Assembly: GCA_017549425.1 (NCBI GenBank)
Contig: JAFYUV010000007.1
Location: forward strand, 33,342 to 97,341
Source of the DNA: Clostridia bacterium
GTDB lineage: Bacteria; Bacillota; Clostridia; TANB77; CAG-465
Direction of reading: 5' to 3'
DNA length: 64,000 nucleotides
A program made the position numbers and the translations under genes. Below the pieces are notes generated by a model. The model was not told the origin of the DNA, did not search any database, and saw only the letters and a list, made by a program, of their open reading frames with translations. Each line of letters opens with the position of its first letter. Position 1 is the first letter of the stretch. This document shows, one piece after another, positions 48,114 to 56,624 of the stretch.

Positions 48114-48152
48114 AAAAACTCGGGGTGGCATATGACCACTCCGAGTTTTATT
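48114..48152. terminator. bidirectional terminator
   Basis: Hairpin ACTCGGGGTGG/CCACTCCGAGT flanked by an A-run and a T-run. Confidence 0.65.
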
Positions 48153-48154
48153 TG

Positions 48155-48577
48155 TCATCCTTTTTTTCTGTATAATCTTACTGTAGAAACGTGATAACCA
48201 TTGTTAAAGGCAATAGATGAGAAACTATCTTTAGAAATTTTGGGACTTTCAATAATTTCAAACGCTGAGACAAATGGGATATCATAATCTTTTATTTGAG
48301 ATAGAACTTCGGCTATACTTGGCTTGAATAAACCATAGTAACCATATGAATGGAGACAAACAAAATTTTTGTCTGCTAAGATTTCGAGCTCTTTTTCGCC
48401 AACTTCTTCTCGAATATCTTCAGAGATATTCCAAATATAGCTAAGATTACTAAGTTCTTTTGGGGTAAATTCTCTTAAATAGTATAATTTACCATTTACT
48501 GTAACAACAGGTTTAATATGCTCATACCGGTTTAGTAACTCCTCTTTAGTAATTTTTGGGATGGACATTTTAAACAT
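48155..48577 (-). CDS. hypothetical protein (140 aa)
   Basis: Minus-strand ORF with RBS GGAGGTAG. I recognise no family. Confidence 0.4.
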   Translation of the reverse strand: MFKMSIPKITKEELLNRYEHIKPVVTVNGKLYYLREFTPKELSNLSYIWNISEDIREEVGEKELEILADKNFVCLHSYGYYGLFKPSIAEVLSQIKDYDIPFVSAFEIIESPKISKDSFSSIAFNNGYHVSTVRLYRKKG

Positions 48578-48747
48578 TATAACTACCTCCTAATTTTTGA
48601 AAGTTAAAATTCCAAAGTTTTAACTTATTGGAATCCAAATAATATAACGAGTATATTATAGCACAATTTACATAAAAATACAACTAGACAAATGAGCGGA
48701 TTTATGATATTATAATAAAGTATATTTTTTGAAAGGAGATTGCAAAT

Positions 48748-48927
48748 ATGTGGCAAAACTCAAGTGAGTTGCTTAACTATGTTCTCCGGAGAACCCAAGT
48801 AGCAATTGGTGATGGGGAGAAGGAAATACAAATAGTTTTAAAAGAACATTGTAAGAAAGACGTTAATGAAATAAGAGAAGTTGATACAAAATTGGATAAT
48901 CATACGCTTACCGAAATTTTAAGATAA
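48748..48927 (+). CDS. small hypothetical protein (59 aa)
   Basis: AAAGGAG sits 9 nt before the ATG. Not in the ORF track because it is under 60 aa. Confidence 0.3.
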   Translation: MWQNSSELLNYVLRRTQVAIGDGEKEIQIVLKEHCKKDVNEIREVDTKLDNHTLTEILR

Positions 48928-49006
48928 AAATCAAAAAAATTGAAAGAAGCTAAATGGGGTCTTTAGTTTTTGTGAAAATAATTATTGAAAGAAAGGTAAA
49001 TAATAA

Positions 49007-49153
49007 TGGTAAAAGTTAAGTATTATAGGTTTACAGGACAATCTCCTAAAAGAAGAAAAATAAAATCTATAGTTAGACAAAGCAATAAAGATGAAGTTTT
49101 AAGAGTGAAAAGAGAGATGAAAAAGAAAGTTCATCGGGCGAAGAGTAAATGAG
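49007..49153 (+). CDS. small highly basic protein (48 aa, Lys/Arg-rich)
   Basis: Weak RBS GAAAGG. Followed by a strong terminator. Confidence 0.2.
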
Positions 49154-49183
49154 CAAATATTAATTTAGAGGAGTATATTTTGT

Positions 49184-49218
49184 AAAAAGGGCATCATACA
49201 ATTATGGTGCCCTTTATT
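49184..49218 (+). terminator. rho-independent terminator
   Basis: AAAGGGCATCATACAATTATGGTGCCCTTTATTTT. Confidence 0.6.
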
Positions 49219-49309
49219 TTATAATTTAATTTGTATAAAAATATATAAGCACATTGAATAATCAAAGAAATTAATATATAATCACTGTATAATATTGGAG
49301 TGAGATTTT

Positions 49310-49780
49310 ATGAAAAAAATAGAAATAGAAATTACAGATAAAAAGTCTGTGTTAGATAAATTTAATAGCAATAAAATATCTTCTGAATTACTAGATTATA
49401 TAATAGTGCAATGTTCACACATAAATAAAAAAGATGATTTCCAAATCGTTATAAATAAAAAGGTACATATAGAAGATGAAATAGACATTTTAATAAAAGA
49501 AGGTATAAAAGAAGCGTATCTTAAAAGTTGGAAGAAAAATAAAAGTAATAATATGAAACAAATTTTGTTTTTTATAGCAGGAGTGTCTATTATTGCTGTT
49601 TCAACGTTGTTAGAAGAAAACTCTATTTGGAAAGAATTGTTACTTATAACGGGTTGGGTGCCTATATGGGAAATGATTGAAATGGAGATTTTTACAGATG
49701 TAAGAGGAAGACGAATGAGAAAATTGCTTAAAAGAATAATGCAATCAGAAATCATTTTAAAAGAGGATGATAAAAAATGA
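49310..49780 (+). CDS. hypothetical protein with a C-terminal membrane segment
   Basis: 156 aa; its stop overlaps the next gene's start (ATGA). Confidence 0.35.
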   Translation: MKKIEIEITDKKSVLDKFNSNKISSELLDYIIVQCSHINKKDDFQIVINKKVHIEDEIDILIKEGIKEAYLKSWKKNKSNNMKQILFFIAGVSIIAVSTLLEENSIWKELLLITGWVPIWEMIEMEIFTDVRGRRMRKLLKRIMQSEIILKEDDKK

Positions 49781-50415
49781 ATTATTTAATTAAAAGCATT
49801 TTAGCAGGCGTTGTTATAGCTATAGGTGGAACAATATATTTATCACTAGAAAACAGCGTAATTGGGGCTTTTTTGTTCGCTATAGGACTATACTTTGTTG
49901 TTACAAGGCAACTTAATTTATATACTGGTAAGATTGGGTACGTAGTAAATAGCGAGCCTAAATATTTAATTGAGTTATTAATAACCTTAGTAGGGAATTT
50001 TATTGGAACTTTTATTGCAGGTTTTGCGTTAAGATATACAAGAATATATGATAAATTGTTTTCAAAGGCGGAGATAATAAGCAATATTAAACTTGAAGAT
50101 TCTATTTTAAGTATATTTATCTTATCTGTATTTTGTGGAATGCTAATGTATTTAGCAGTAGACGGATACAAGAAAATTCAAGATTCATTTGGCAAAAATA
50201 TTGGAGTGTTTTTATGCGTAGCAGTATTTATACTATGTGGCTTTGAGCACTGTATAGCTAATATGTATTATTTTACTGTGTCTAGTTCATGGGGAGCACA
50301 AGCATTAGGATATATGGGTATAATGATATTAGGAAATAGTGTAGGTGGGATATTTTTCCCTCTCATGGAGAAAATGATAAAAACTAAAGTTAAATTATTA
50401 GATCAAGAAAAATAG
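49777..50415 (+). CDS. formate/nitrite transporter (FNT) family protein, short form
   Basis: FNT signatures LYFVVTRQLNLYTGK and GFEHCIANMYYF. Confidence 0.5.
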   Translation: MNYLIKSILAGVVIAIGGTIYLSLENSVIGAFLFAIGLYFVVTRQLNLYTGKIGYVVNSEPKYLIELLITLVGNFIGTFIAGFALRYTRIYDKLFSKAEIISNIKLEDSILSIFILSVFCGMLMYLAVDGYKKIQDSFGKNIGVFLCVAVFILCGFEHCIANMYYFTVSSSWGAQALGYMGIMILGNSVGGIFFPLMEKMIKTKVKLLDQEK

Positions 50416-50431
50416 AGAAAGGAATTACTTT

Positions 50432-50773
50432 ATGCTACATCAAATGAAGTTAAGAAATACACCTTTTGTAAAAATAAAAGAAGGTAGTAAAAAAGTTGAA
50501 TTGAGATTGTATGATGAAAAAAGACAACTTATAAAGGAAGGGGATGTAATTGAGTTTACAAATGTAGAAACAGAAGAGAAATTGTCGGTTAATGTAGTTA
50601 AACTAAATATTTATAATTCTTTTAAAGAATTGTATGAAAACATGAATATTACTTTATTAGGGTACTCTAAAGAAGATTCCCCTTGCTATACAGATATGGA
50701 AGAGTATTATTCAAAAGAGGAGCAACAAAAATATGGAGTAGTAGGTATAGAAATTTCAGTAATTTTAAAATAA
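50432..50773 (+). CDS. ASCH-domain protein
   Basis: 113-aa PUA-like protein with the pattern FVKIKEGSKKVELRLYDEKR....GD.I.F. Confidence 0.5.
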   Translation: MLHQMKLRNTPFVKIKEGSKKVELRLYDEKRQLIKEGDVIEFTNVETEEKLSVNVVKLNIYNSFKELYENMNITLLGYSKEDSPCYTDMEEYYSKEEQQKYGVVGIEISVILK

Positions 50774-50777
50774 ATTG

Positions 50778-50806
50778 TTGACATTAATTTTTCATTAATA
50801 TATAAT
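50778..50806 (+). promoter_or_regulatory. consensus sigma-A promoter of lexA
   Basis: TTGACA, a 17-nt spacer, then TATAAT. Confidence 0.55.
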
Positions 50807-50811
50807 AAAAC

Positions 50812-50823
50812 AAACATTAGTTT
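50812..50823. promoter_or_regulatory. degenerate Cheo/LexA box candidate
   Basis: AAAC-ATTA-GTTT, a dyad with N4 spacing like CGAAC-N4-GTTCG but lacking the outer G/C. It lies between the -10 and the RBS. Confidence 0.3.
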
Positions 50824-50838
50824 AATAGGAGGTTTTTA

Positions 50839-51471
50839 ATGAAAAATAATGACACATTAAACCAAAACGAAATTAATATATTAAGTTTTATAAGAAAGCA
50901 AATTGCTGAAGTTGGTTATCCGCCTTCGGTTAGGGAAATTTGTAAGGCGGTAGGCTTAAAATCTACTTCGTCTGTTCACATGTATTTAAACAGACTTGCT
51001 GAAAAAGGAGAAATATCTAAAGCTAGCCTTAAAACAAGAGCTTTAAGATTAACAAATGAACCGGTAGGAGCAAGCAACGATGTTGATAGCGTTTCTATTC
51101 CTTTAGTAGGAAATGTTGCTGCAGGAGCTCCAATTTTGGCTGAAGAAAACATAGAAGAATATTTTAAACTATCTACTAGTCTTCTTAGGAAAAGTGCGGG
51201 TAACGGAGCAACGTATATGTTAAAGGTAAAAGGCGACAGTATGATAAATGTTGGCATTTATAGCGGAGACTATGTTATAGTATCTAAATGCCAAACAGCT
51301 GAAAACGGACAAATTGTTGTTGCTATGATTGAAAACGAAGCAACAGTAAAAACTTTTTACAAAGAAAAAGACTATATTAGATTGCAGCCTGAAAATGATA
51401 CAATGGAACCAATAATAGTTAAAGACGTACAAATTTTAGGTAAAGTTATAGCTTTATTTAGAAAATTTTAA
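50839..51471 (+). CDS. lexA: LexA repressor
   Basis: Winged-HTH N-terminus, an AAG cleavage site, and the S24 motif with GDSM and the catalytic Lys. Confidence 0.9.
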   Translation: MKNNDTLNQNEINILSFIRKQIAEVGYPPSVREICKAVGLKSTSSVHMYLNRLAEKGEISKASLKTRALRLTNEPVGASNDVDSVSIPLVGNVAAGAPILAEENIEEYFKLSTSLLRKSAGNGATYMLKVKGDSMINVGIYSGDYVIVSKCQTAENGQIVVAMIENEATVKTFYKEKDYIRLQPENDTMEPIIVKDVQILGKVIALFRKF

Positions 51472-51534
51472 AGATATAGAGTTTGTTCACACAAAACCAA
51501 AATATACATACAATACATTAAGTGGAGGTAAACA

Positions 51535-52119
51535 ATGAAACTCAATAACATTAATGTAGGGTTTGGTGTGACAGGCTCTTTTTGTAATTTTAGTAAATTA
51601 GATACCATTGTTGGAGAGCTCCTGGAAAATGGAGTAAAAAACATTTACCCTATAGTTACTCCAATTGTGTTAACAGATGAAAATAGATTTTCAAAACCAC
51701 AAGAAATTAAAGAACATTTAGAAAAATTAACTGGGAAGGAGTTAATAGATACCATATCTAAAGCTGAGCCCATAGGCCCAAAAGACATGGTAGATATAGT
51801 TATAGTAGCTCCTTGTACTGGAAATACTTTAGCAAAAATAGCAAATGGTATAACAGATACTCCGGTACTTATGGCAGTAAAAAGTCATTTAAGAAATAAT
51901 AAACCGGTTGTAATTGGTATTTCAACTAATGACGGTTTGGGCGCTAATGCTGAGAATTTAGGCAAATTAATGAATACAAAAAACATATTTTTTGTGCCTT
52001 TTGGTCAAGACGATCCAATAAAAAAACCTAAATCTTTAGTGTGTGATTATACAAAAATTGTAGATACCGCCGTAGAAGCTTTAAAAGGAATTCAAATACA
52101 ACCAGTTTTAAATAAATAA
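51535..52119 (+). CDS. dpaB: dipicolinate synthase subunit B-like flavoprotein (SpoVFB/DpaB homologue)
   Basis: Flavoprotein-family motifs GFGVTGSFC, VAPCTGNTLAKIANGITD and KNIFFVPFGQDDPIKKPKSLV, which closely resemble B. subtilis SpoVFB as recalled. No dpaA is adjacent. Confidence 0.65.
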   Translation: MKLNNINVGFGVTGSFCNFSKLDTIVGELLENGVKNIYPIVTPIVLTDENRFSKPQEIKEHLEKLTGKELIDTISKAEPIGPKDMVDIVIVAPCTGNTLAKIANGITDTPVLMAVKSHLRNNKPVVIGISTNDGLGANAENLGKLMNTKNIFFVPFGQDDPIKKPKSLVCDYTKIVDTAVEALKGIQIQPVLNK

Positions 52120-52233
52120 ATAATAAGAATAACTTATGGGCTTTACTCATAAGTTATTATTATTTATAAAAAGAGTTCACAATAATCTCTTTATATGGTA
52201 TAATATTACATATTGTACAGGAGGGAACAATTT

Positions 52234-53568
52234 GTGTTAAATAAAAATGTTGCTTTAGTAACTCTTGGCTGTAGCAAAAATGAAGTAGATAGCGAAATGG
52301 TATTAGGCTATTTAAGAGCGAAAGGGTTTAATATAACAAATAATTTAAGTGAAGCTAATATAATAATAGTTAACACATGCGGATTTATAGAATCGGCGAA
52401 AGAAGAAGCTATTAGAGTTATATTAGAATTGGCAGACTATAAAGAAATAGGTACATGTACTGATTTAGTTGTAATTGGGTGCATGGCTAAAAGATACAAA
52501 AAGGAAATATTAGCTAACTTCGAAGAAGTAGACCTTGTAATAGGTGTTGACGAATACAATAATATTGATGAAATTTTTTCTAATCATTTCAAATTGAATA
52601 AAAACAATTTATGTCTTAAGTTTACAGATAGAATTATATCTACAAAATTCCCAACAGCATATATTAGAATATCTGACGGTTGCAACAACAATTGTAATTA
52701 TTGTGCTATTCCTTTAATAAGAGGAAAATTAAAAAGTAGGACAATAGAAGATATTTATGAAGAGGCTGAAGGCCTTGTAAAACAAGGTATAAAAGAACTA
52801 GTTATAATTGCACAAGATACAACTTCATATGGAGTAGATATATATAAAAAACCAATGCTAAACAAGCTATTAAAAGAATTATCTAAATTAGATGTAGAAT
52901 GGATTAGAGTCCTTTATATGTATCCTGGTAAGGTAAATGATGAGTTGTTAGATGAAATTGCTAATAATAACAAGATTTGTAAGTATTTTGATTTGCCAAT
53001 ACAACATATTTCTAACAATATGTTAAAGAAAATGAATAGGCATACAAATAAAGAAGAAACTTATGCTTTACTTAATAAAATAAGAGAAAGAATACCTGAT
53101 GCTATAATAAGAACAACGGTGTTAGTTGGATATCCAGGCGAGACAGAAGAGGATTTTGAGGAATTACTAGAATGTGTAAAAGAGTTTAAATTTGATAGAC
53201 TAGGAGCCTTTACTTATTCACGAGAGGAAGATACTGTAGGATATAACGAGTCTAACCAGATAGATGAAAGCGTTAAGAAAAATCGATTAGACAAAATAAT
53301 GTACGTTCAACAAAAAATATTAGAAAAAGAAATGAAAAAGAATATAGGAAAAGAACTGAAGGTTTTAGTAACAGATGTAACGGATGATGAAATGTATTTT
53401 GAGTGTAGGTCACATATGGATGCTCCAGATGTTGATCCTAAGATATATTTGCCAATAAAAACGCCCAATATTATAATAGGAGAATTTTATATTGTAAAAA
53501 TAACTAATGTACACGGTTATGATTATTTATGCGAATATGTAGAACAAAGGGAGGAAATAAATGTATAG
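52234..53568 (+). CDS. rimO: ribosomal protein S12 methylthiotransferase RimO (radical SAM, MiaB family)
   Basis: GTG start after GGAGGG. MTTase N-terminal domain with LGCSKNEVDSE, the radical-SAM motif CNNNCNYC, and a C-terminal TRAM domain. Confidence 0.8.
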   Translation: MLNKNVALVTLGCSKNEVDSEMVLGYLRAKGFNITNNLSEANIIIVNTCGFIESAKEEAIRVILELADYKEIGTCTDLVVIGCMAKRYKKEILANFEEVDLVIGVDEYNNIDEIFSNHFKLNKNNLCLKFTDRIISTKFPTAYIRISDGCNNNCNYCAIPLIRGKLKSRTIEDIYEEAEGLVKQGIKELVIIAQDTTSYGVDIYKKPMLNKLLKELSKLDVEWIRVLYMYPGKVNDELLDEIANNNKICKYFDLPIQHISNNMLKKMNRHTNKEETYALLNKIRERIPDAIIRTTVLVGYPGETEEDFEELLECVKEFKFDRLGAFTYSREEDTVGYNESNQIDESVKKNRLDKIMYVQQKILEKEMKKNIGKELKVLVTDVTDDEMYFECRSHMDAPDVDPKIYLPIKTPNIIIGEFYIVKITNVHGYDYLCEYVEQREEINV

Positions 53569-54883
53569 TAAAGAAGATTTAAAAAATAGTACGCTTACTG
53601 AATTAAGAGAAATAGCAGAAAAAATAAAATTAGATGGCTATGAGAGATTAAAAAAAGAATATTTAATTGAAGAAATAGCCAGCAAATTAGAAGAGAAAAA
53701 AGAGTTAGAAGTAAAAAATGATATTCAAATTGAAAATCCAGAAACAGATTATTTGGCAGAAGGGATATTAGAAGTTTTAAACGAAGGATTTGGTTTTTTA
53801 AGAAGCGATAATTATCTTTCTGGAAATAAAGATATCTATGTTTCGGCTACACAAATTAGAAGATTTAATTTATCAACAGGAGATAAGTTAAAGGGAATTG
53901 CTAGATTTACATCTGACCCCGCTAATAAATTCCCTTCAATGATATACATTGAAAGCGTAAATGATGATAGAGTTGAATTTGTATTAAAAAGAAAAACATT
54001 TGATGCTTTGATACCAATATATCCAGATGAAAAATTAAAGCTTGAGAACGGAAAAGACACAACTATGCGAATTTTAGACATATTAGCGCCTATTGGTAAA
54101 GGTAGCCGTGGTATGATAGTTGCTCCACCAAAAGCCGGAAAAACAACTCTTTTAAAACAAATAGCTACAAGCATTAGGAAGAACAATCCTGAAGTGACTT
54201 TAATGGTGCTTTTAATAGATGAAAGACCAGAAGAGGTTACAGATATAGAACGCTCTATAGATGCGGAAGTAATATCTTCTACTTTTGACGAATCCCCAGA
54301 ACATCATATTAAAGTGGCAAAAATGGTTTTAGAGAGAGCTAAAAGACTAGTTGAACATAATAGAGATGTAGTTGTTTTATTAGATAGTATAACAAGGCTT
54401 GCAAGAGCAAATAACTTGACTGTAGAACCTTCTGGAAGAACATTATCTGGTGGTATTGACCCAGCTTGTTTACATTTTCCTAAAAAGTTTTTTGGTTCGG
54501 CTAGAAATATAGAAAAAGGCGGAAGTTTAACAATTCTAGGGACAGCTTTAATAGAAACAGGAAGTAGAATGGATGATATAATATTTGAAGAATTTAAAGG
54601 AACTGGAAATATGGAAATACATCTAGATAGAAAACTAAGCGAAAGAAGAATATTCCCAGCGGTGGATATTGTAAAATCATCTAGTAGAAGAGAGGATTTA
54701 TTATTGTCTAAGGAAGAGCAAGAAGCTGGAATTATTATTAGAAAACTTATAGGAAATCAAAGTTCAGCGCAAGCAATAGAAACTGTTGAAAAAATATTAA
54801 ATATTTTTGCGAAAACTAGTAACAATACTGAATTTATTGAAACCTTAAAGAAACAAGTAGTAAAGAAGAATAATAAAGAATAA
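53561..54883 (+). CDS. rho: transcription termination factor Rho
   Basis: Cold-shock-like RNA-binding domain, Walker A PPKAGKTTLLK, and the Q- and R-loops. Confidence 0.9.
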   Translation: MYSKEDLKNSTLTELREIAEKIKLDGYERLKKEYLIEEIASKLEEKKELEVKNDIQIENPETDYLAEGILEVLNEGFGFLRSDNYLSGNKDIYVSATQIRRFNLSTGDKLKGIARFTSDPANKFPSMIYIESVNDDRVEFVLKRKTFDALIPIYPDEKLKLENGKDTTMRILDILAPIGKGSRGMIVAPPKAGKTTLLKQIATSIRKNNPEVTLMVLLIDERPEEVTDIERSIDAEVISSTFDESPEHHIKVAKMVLERAKRLVEHNRDVVVLLDSITRLARANNLTVEPSGRTLSGGIDPACLHFPKKFFGSARNIEKGGSLTILGTALIETGSRMDDIIFEEFKGTGNMEIHLDRKLSERRIFPAVDIVKSSSRREDLLLSKEEQEAGIIIRKLIGNQSSAQAIETVEKILNIFAKTSNNTEFIETLKKQVVKKNNKE

Positions 54884-54974
54884 TTTATAATAAAATGTAA
54901 AAAGCAAGTATATTTTTATAAAAAGTGCTTGCTTTTTTTAATCGTTCTGGTTATAATATTACTTGTTAGAACAT

Positions 54975-55048
54975 AGGGGTATAGTTCATTGGTAGAATAA
55001 GAGTCTCCAAAACTCCAGAGCTAGGTTCGATTCCTAGTACCCCTGCCA
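54975..55048 (+). tRNA. tRNA-Trp (anticodon CCA)
   Basis: AGGGGTATAGTTCATTGGTAGAATAAGAGTCTCCAAAACTCCAGAGCTAGGTTCGATTCCTAGTACCCCTGCCA, near-identical in architecture to Bacillus tRNA-Trp. Confidence 0.85.
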
Positions 55049-55056
55049 CTTTTTAG

Positions 55057-55085
55057 AAATACCTCTTTAAAGAGGTATTTTTTAT
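55057..55085 (+). terminator. rho-independent terminator
   Basis: AAATACCTCTTTAAAGAGGTATTT followed by TTTTA. Confidence 0.65.
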
Positions 55086-55109
55086 AGATAACAAAAGAAA
55101 GGGAAACGA

Positions 55110-55763
55110 ATGAAAAATATTAAAAATATGTCAAATATTTGGTTGGCACTAGCTCCACTAATTATAACAGTGCTATCCATATTTGCTAAGTCAGCTATAC
55201 TTGAAGTTGTTTCATCAATAGCAGGAGTAATATATGTAATTCTTATTGCTAGGCAAAATAAATATGGTTATATTTTTGGGGTAATAAATGTTATATTATA
55301 TGCTATACTTTCTTGGAATGAAGGTTTATACGGTATAGCTGTTATAAATACAGCCTATTCAATTCCTATATTAATATATGGATTTATATATTGGAGTAAG
55401 GATAAAGAGGGTAAAATAGAAAAATTAGAAAAAGATAATAGAATTAAAGTAGTAGCTTGCTCTTTTTTAATGATTACAATATACGCAGTTATATCTAAAA
55501 CGTTATTTAACAATTCTAATGTAATTGTTGATGGCATTGTAACTTGTATTGGTTTAGTAGGAAACATTTTAATGGCTAAAAAGTATTATGAACAATGGTA
55601 TTGCTGGATTGTAGTAAATAGCACAAGCTTAATTTACTGGGGAATAACAGTTTTGAACGATTTATCATGTGTACCAGTTGTTGCTATGTGGTTAATTTAT
55701 TTAGCTAATACACTATACGGACTTTTTTCTTGGAAAAAATATTATTACAAAACTCATAATTAG
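55110..55763 (+). CDS. pnuC: nicotinamide riboside transporter PnuC family
   Basis: 217 aa with 7-8 TM helices and the conserved PnuC Trp/Asn blocks (WNEGLYG, IYWG). Confidence 0.65.
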   Translation: MKNIKNMSNIWLALAPLIITVLSIFAKSAILEVVSSIAGVIYVILIARQNKYGYIFGVINVILYAILSWNEGLYGIAVINTAYSIPILIYGFIYWSKDKEGKIEKLEKDNRIKVVACSFLMITIYAVISKTLFNNSNVIVDGIVTCIGLVGNILMAKKYYEQWYCWIVVNSTSLIYWGITVLNDLSCVPVVAMWLIYLANTLYGLFSWKKYYYKTHN

Positions 55764-55858
55764 AAATAATTATGAGTTTTAACTTTACATAATTATGGAA
55801 AAGTGGTATAATATAATTGTGAGATAAATAAAACCAAAATAAATTTATGGAGGTATAC

Positions 55859-56140
55859 ATGATACTAAAAAATGTCAAATATGAATTAGACAAATTAATA
55901 TCTAAAACAAGTGAATACTCAGAATCTCCTCTCTTTAGAGAGCATCTTGAAGAAAAAATTAATGACTATTTGGAATTGGAACAAATAATTCTTAATTCTC
56001 AGATTCAGGAAATGAAACAGGTCATAAGATATATTAAAATTAAAAAGTTGGATAATAAATATATCGAAATGATTAAGAATCCCAGAAAATACTTTGAAAT
56101 ATCACAAATAAAAGCAGCATTAATTAGCTGCGGATACTAA
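55859..56140 (+). CDS. hypothetical small protein
   Basis: ORF with RBS GGAGG precedes MILKNV. Confidence 0.35.
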   Translation: MILKNVKYELDKLISKTSEYSESPLFREHLEEKINDYLELEQIILNSQIQEMKQVIRYIKIKKLDNKYIEMIKNPRKYFEISQIKAALISCGY

Positions 56141-56155
56141 TAGGAGGAAAAACAT

Positions 56156-56452
56156 ATGCAACTTTATCAATTGATTAATGATCTTGAGAGAGGTCTAAAT
56201 CGGTTAAGAACAATGGGATACACATATCCTAATTCAAGAGCTTTTAAAGAATTCTTGGATAGAAAGGAAGAGGACTTTAAAGAGTTTCAAAAACTTGTAG
56301 GACCTTACAGAAGAGACGAGTTCCTTCCGAATGTTATTCGAGATTTGAAAGAACGTGGAGTTGCTTACAAATTTTTTGGAATGACTCAACGCGGAGCAGA
56401 TTACTTCAAAATTACCAAAAAGCTGGAAAAAGAAATAGCTTCAGGACGGTAA
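56156..56452 (+). CDS. hypothetical small protein (slightly GC-elevated)
   Basis: RBS AGGAGGAAAA. 98 aa. Confidence 0.35.
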   Translation: MQLYQLINDLERGLNRLRTMGYTYPNSRAFKEFLDRKEEDFKEFQKLVGPYRRDEFLPNVIRDLKERGVAYKFFGMTQRGADYFKITKKLEKEIASGR

Positions 56453-56458
56453 TTTTAT

Positions 56459-56490
56459 AGCGGTGAAATTATATATTTCACCGCTATTTT
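56459..56490 (+). terminator. rho-independent terminator
   Basis: AGCGGTGAAATTATATATTTCACCGCT followed by ATTTT. Confidence 0.65.
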
Positions 56491-56492
56491 AT

Positions 56493-56521
56493 TTGACTTT
56501 AAAGCCTATATGTTGTATACT
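56493..56521 (+). promoter_or_regulatory. rnj promoter
   Basis: TTGACT, a 17-nt spacer, then TATACT. The roughly 100-nt leader contains a direct repeat of GTTCGGGT. Confidence 0.5.
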
Positions 56522-56624
56522 ATTTAAGTATTATGGTATTTTGCCATTACTTGTTCGGGTTTTAATAAAAATATTTTTTAGTTCGGGTATTTAGTTTAAT
56601 AACATTAAAAAAGGAGTGATAATA

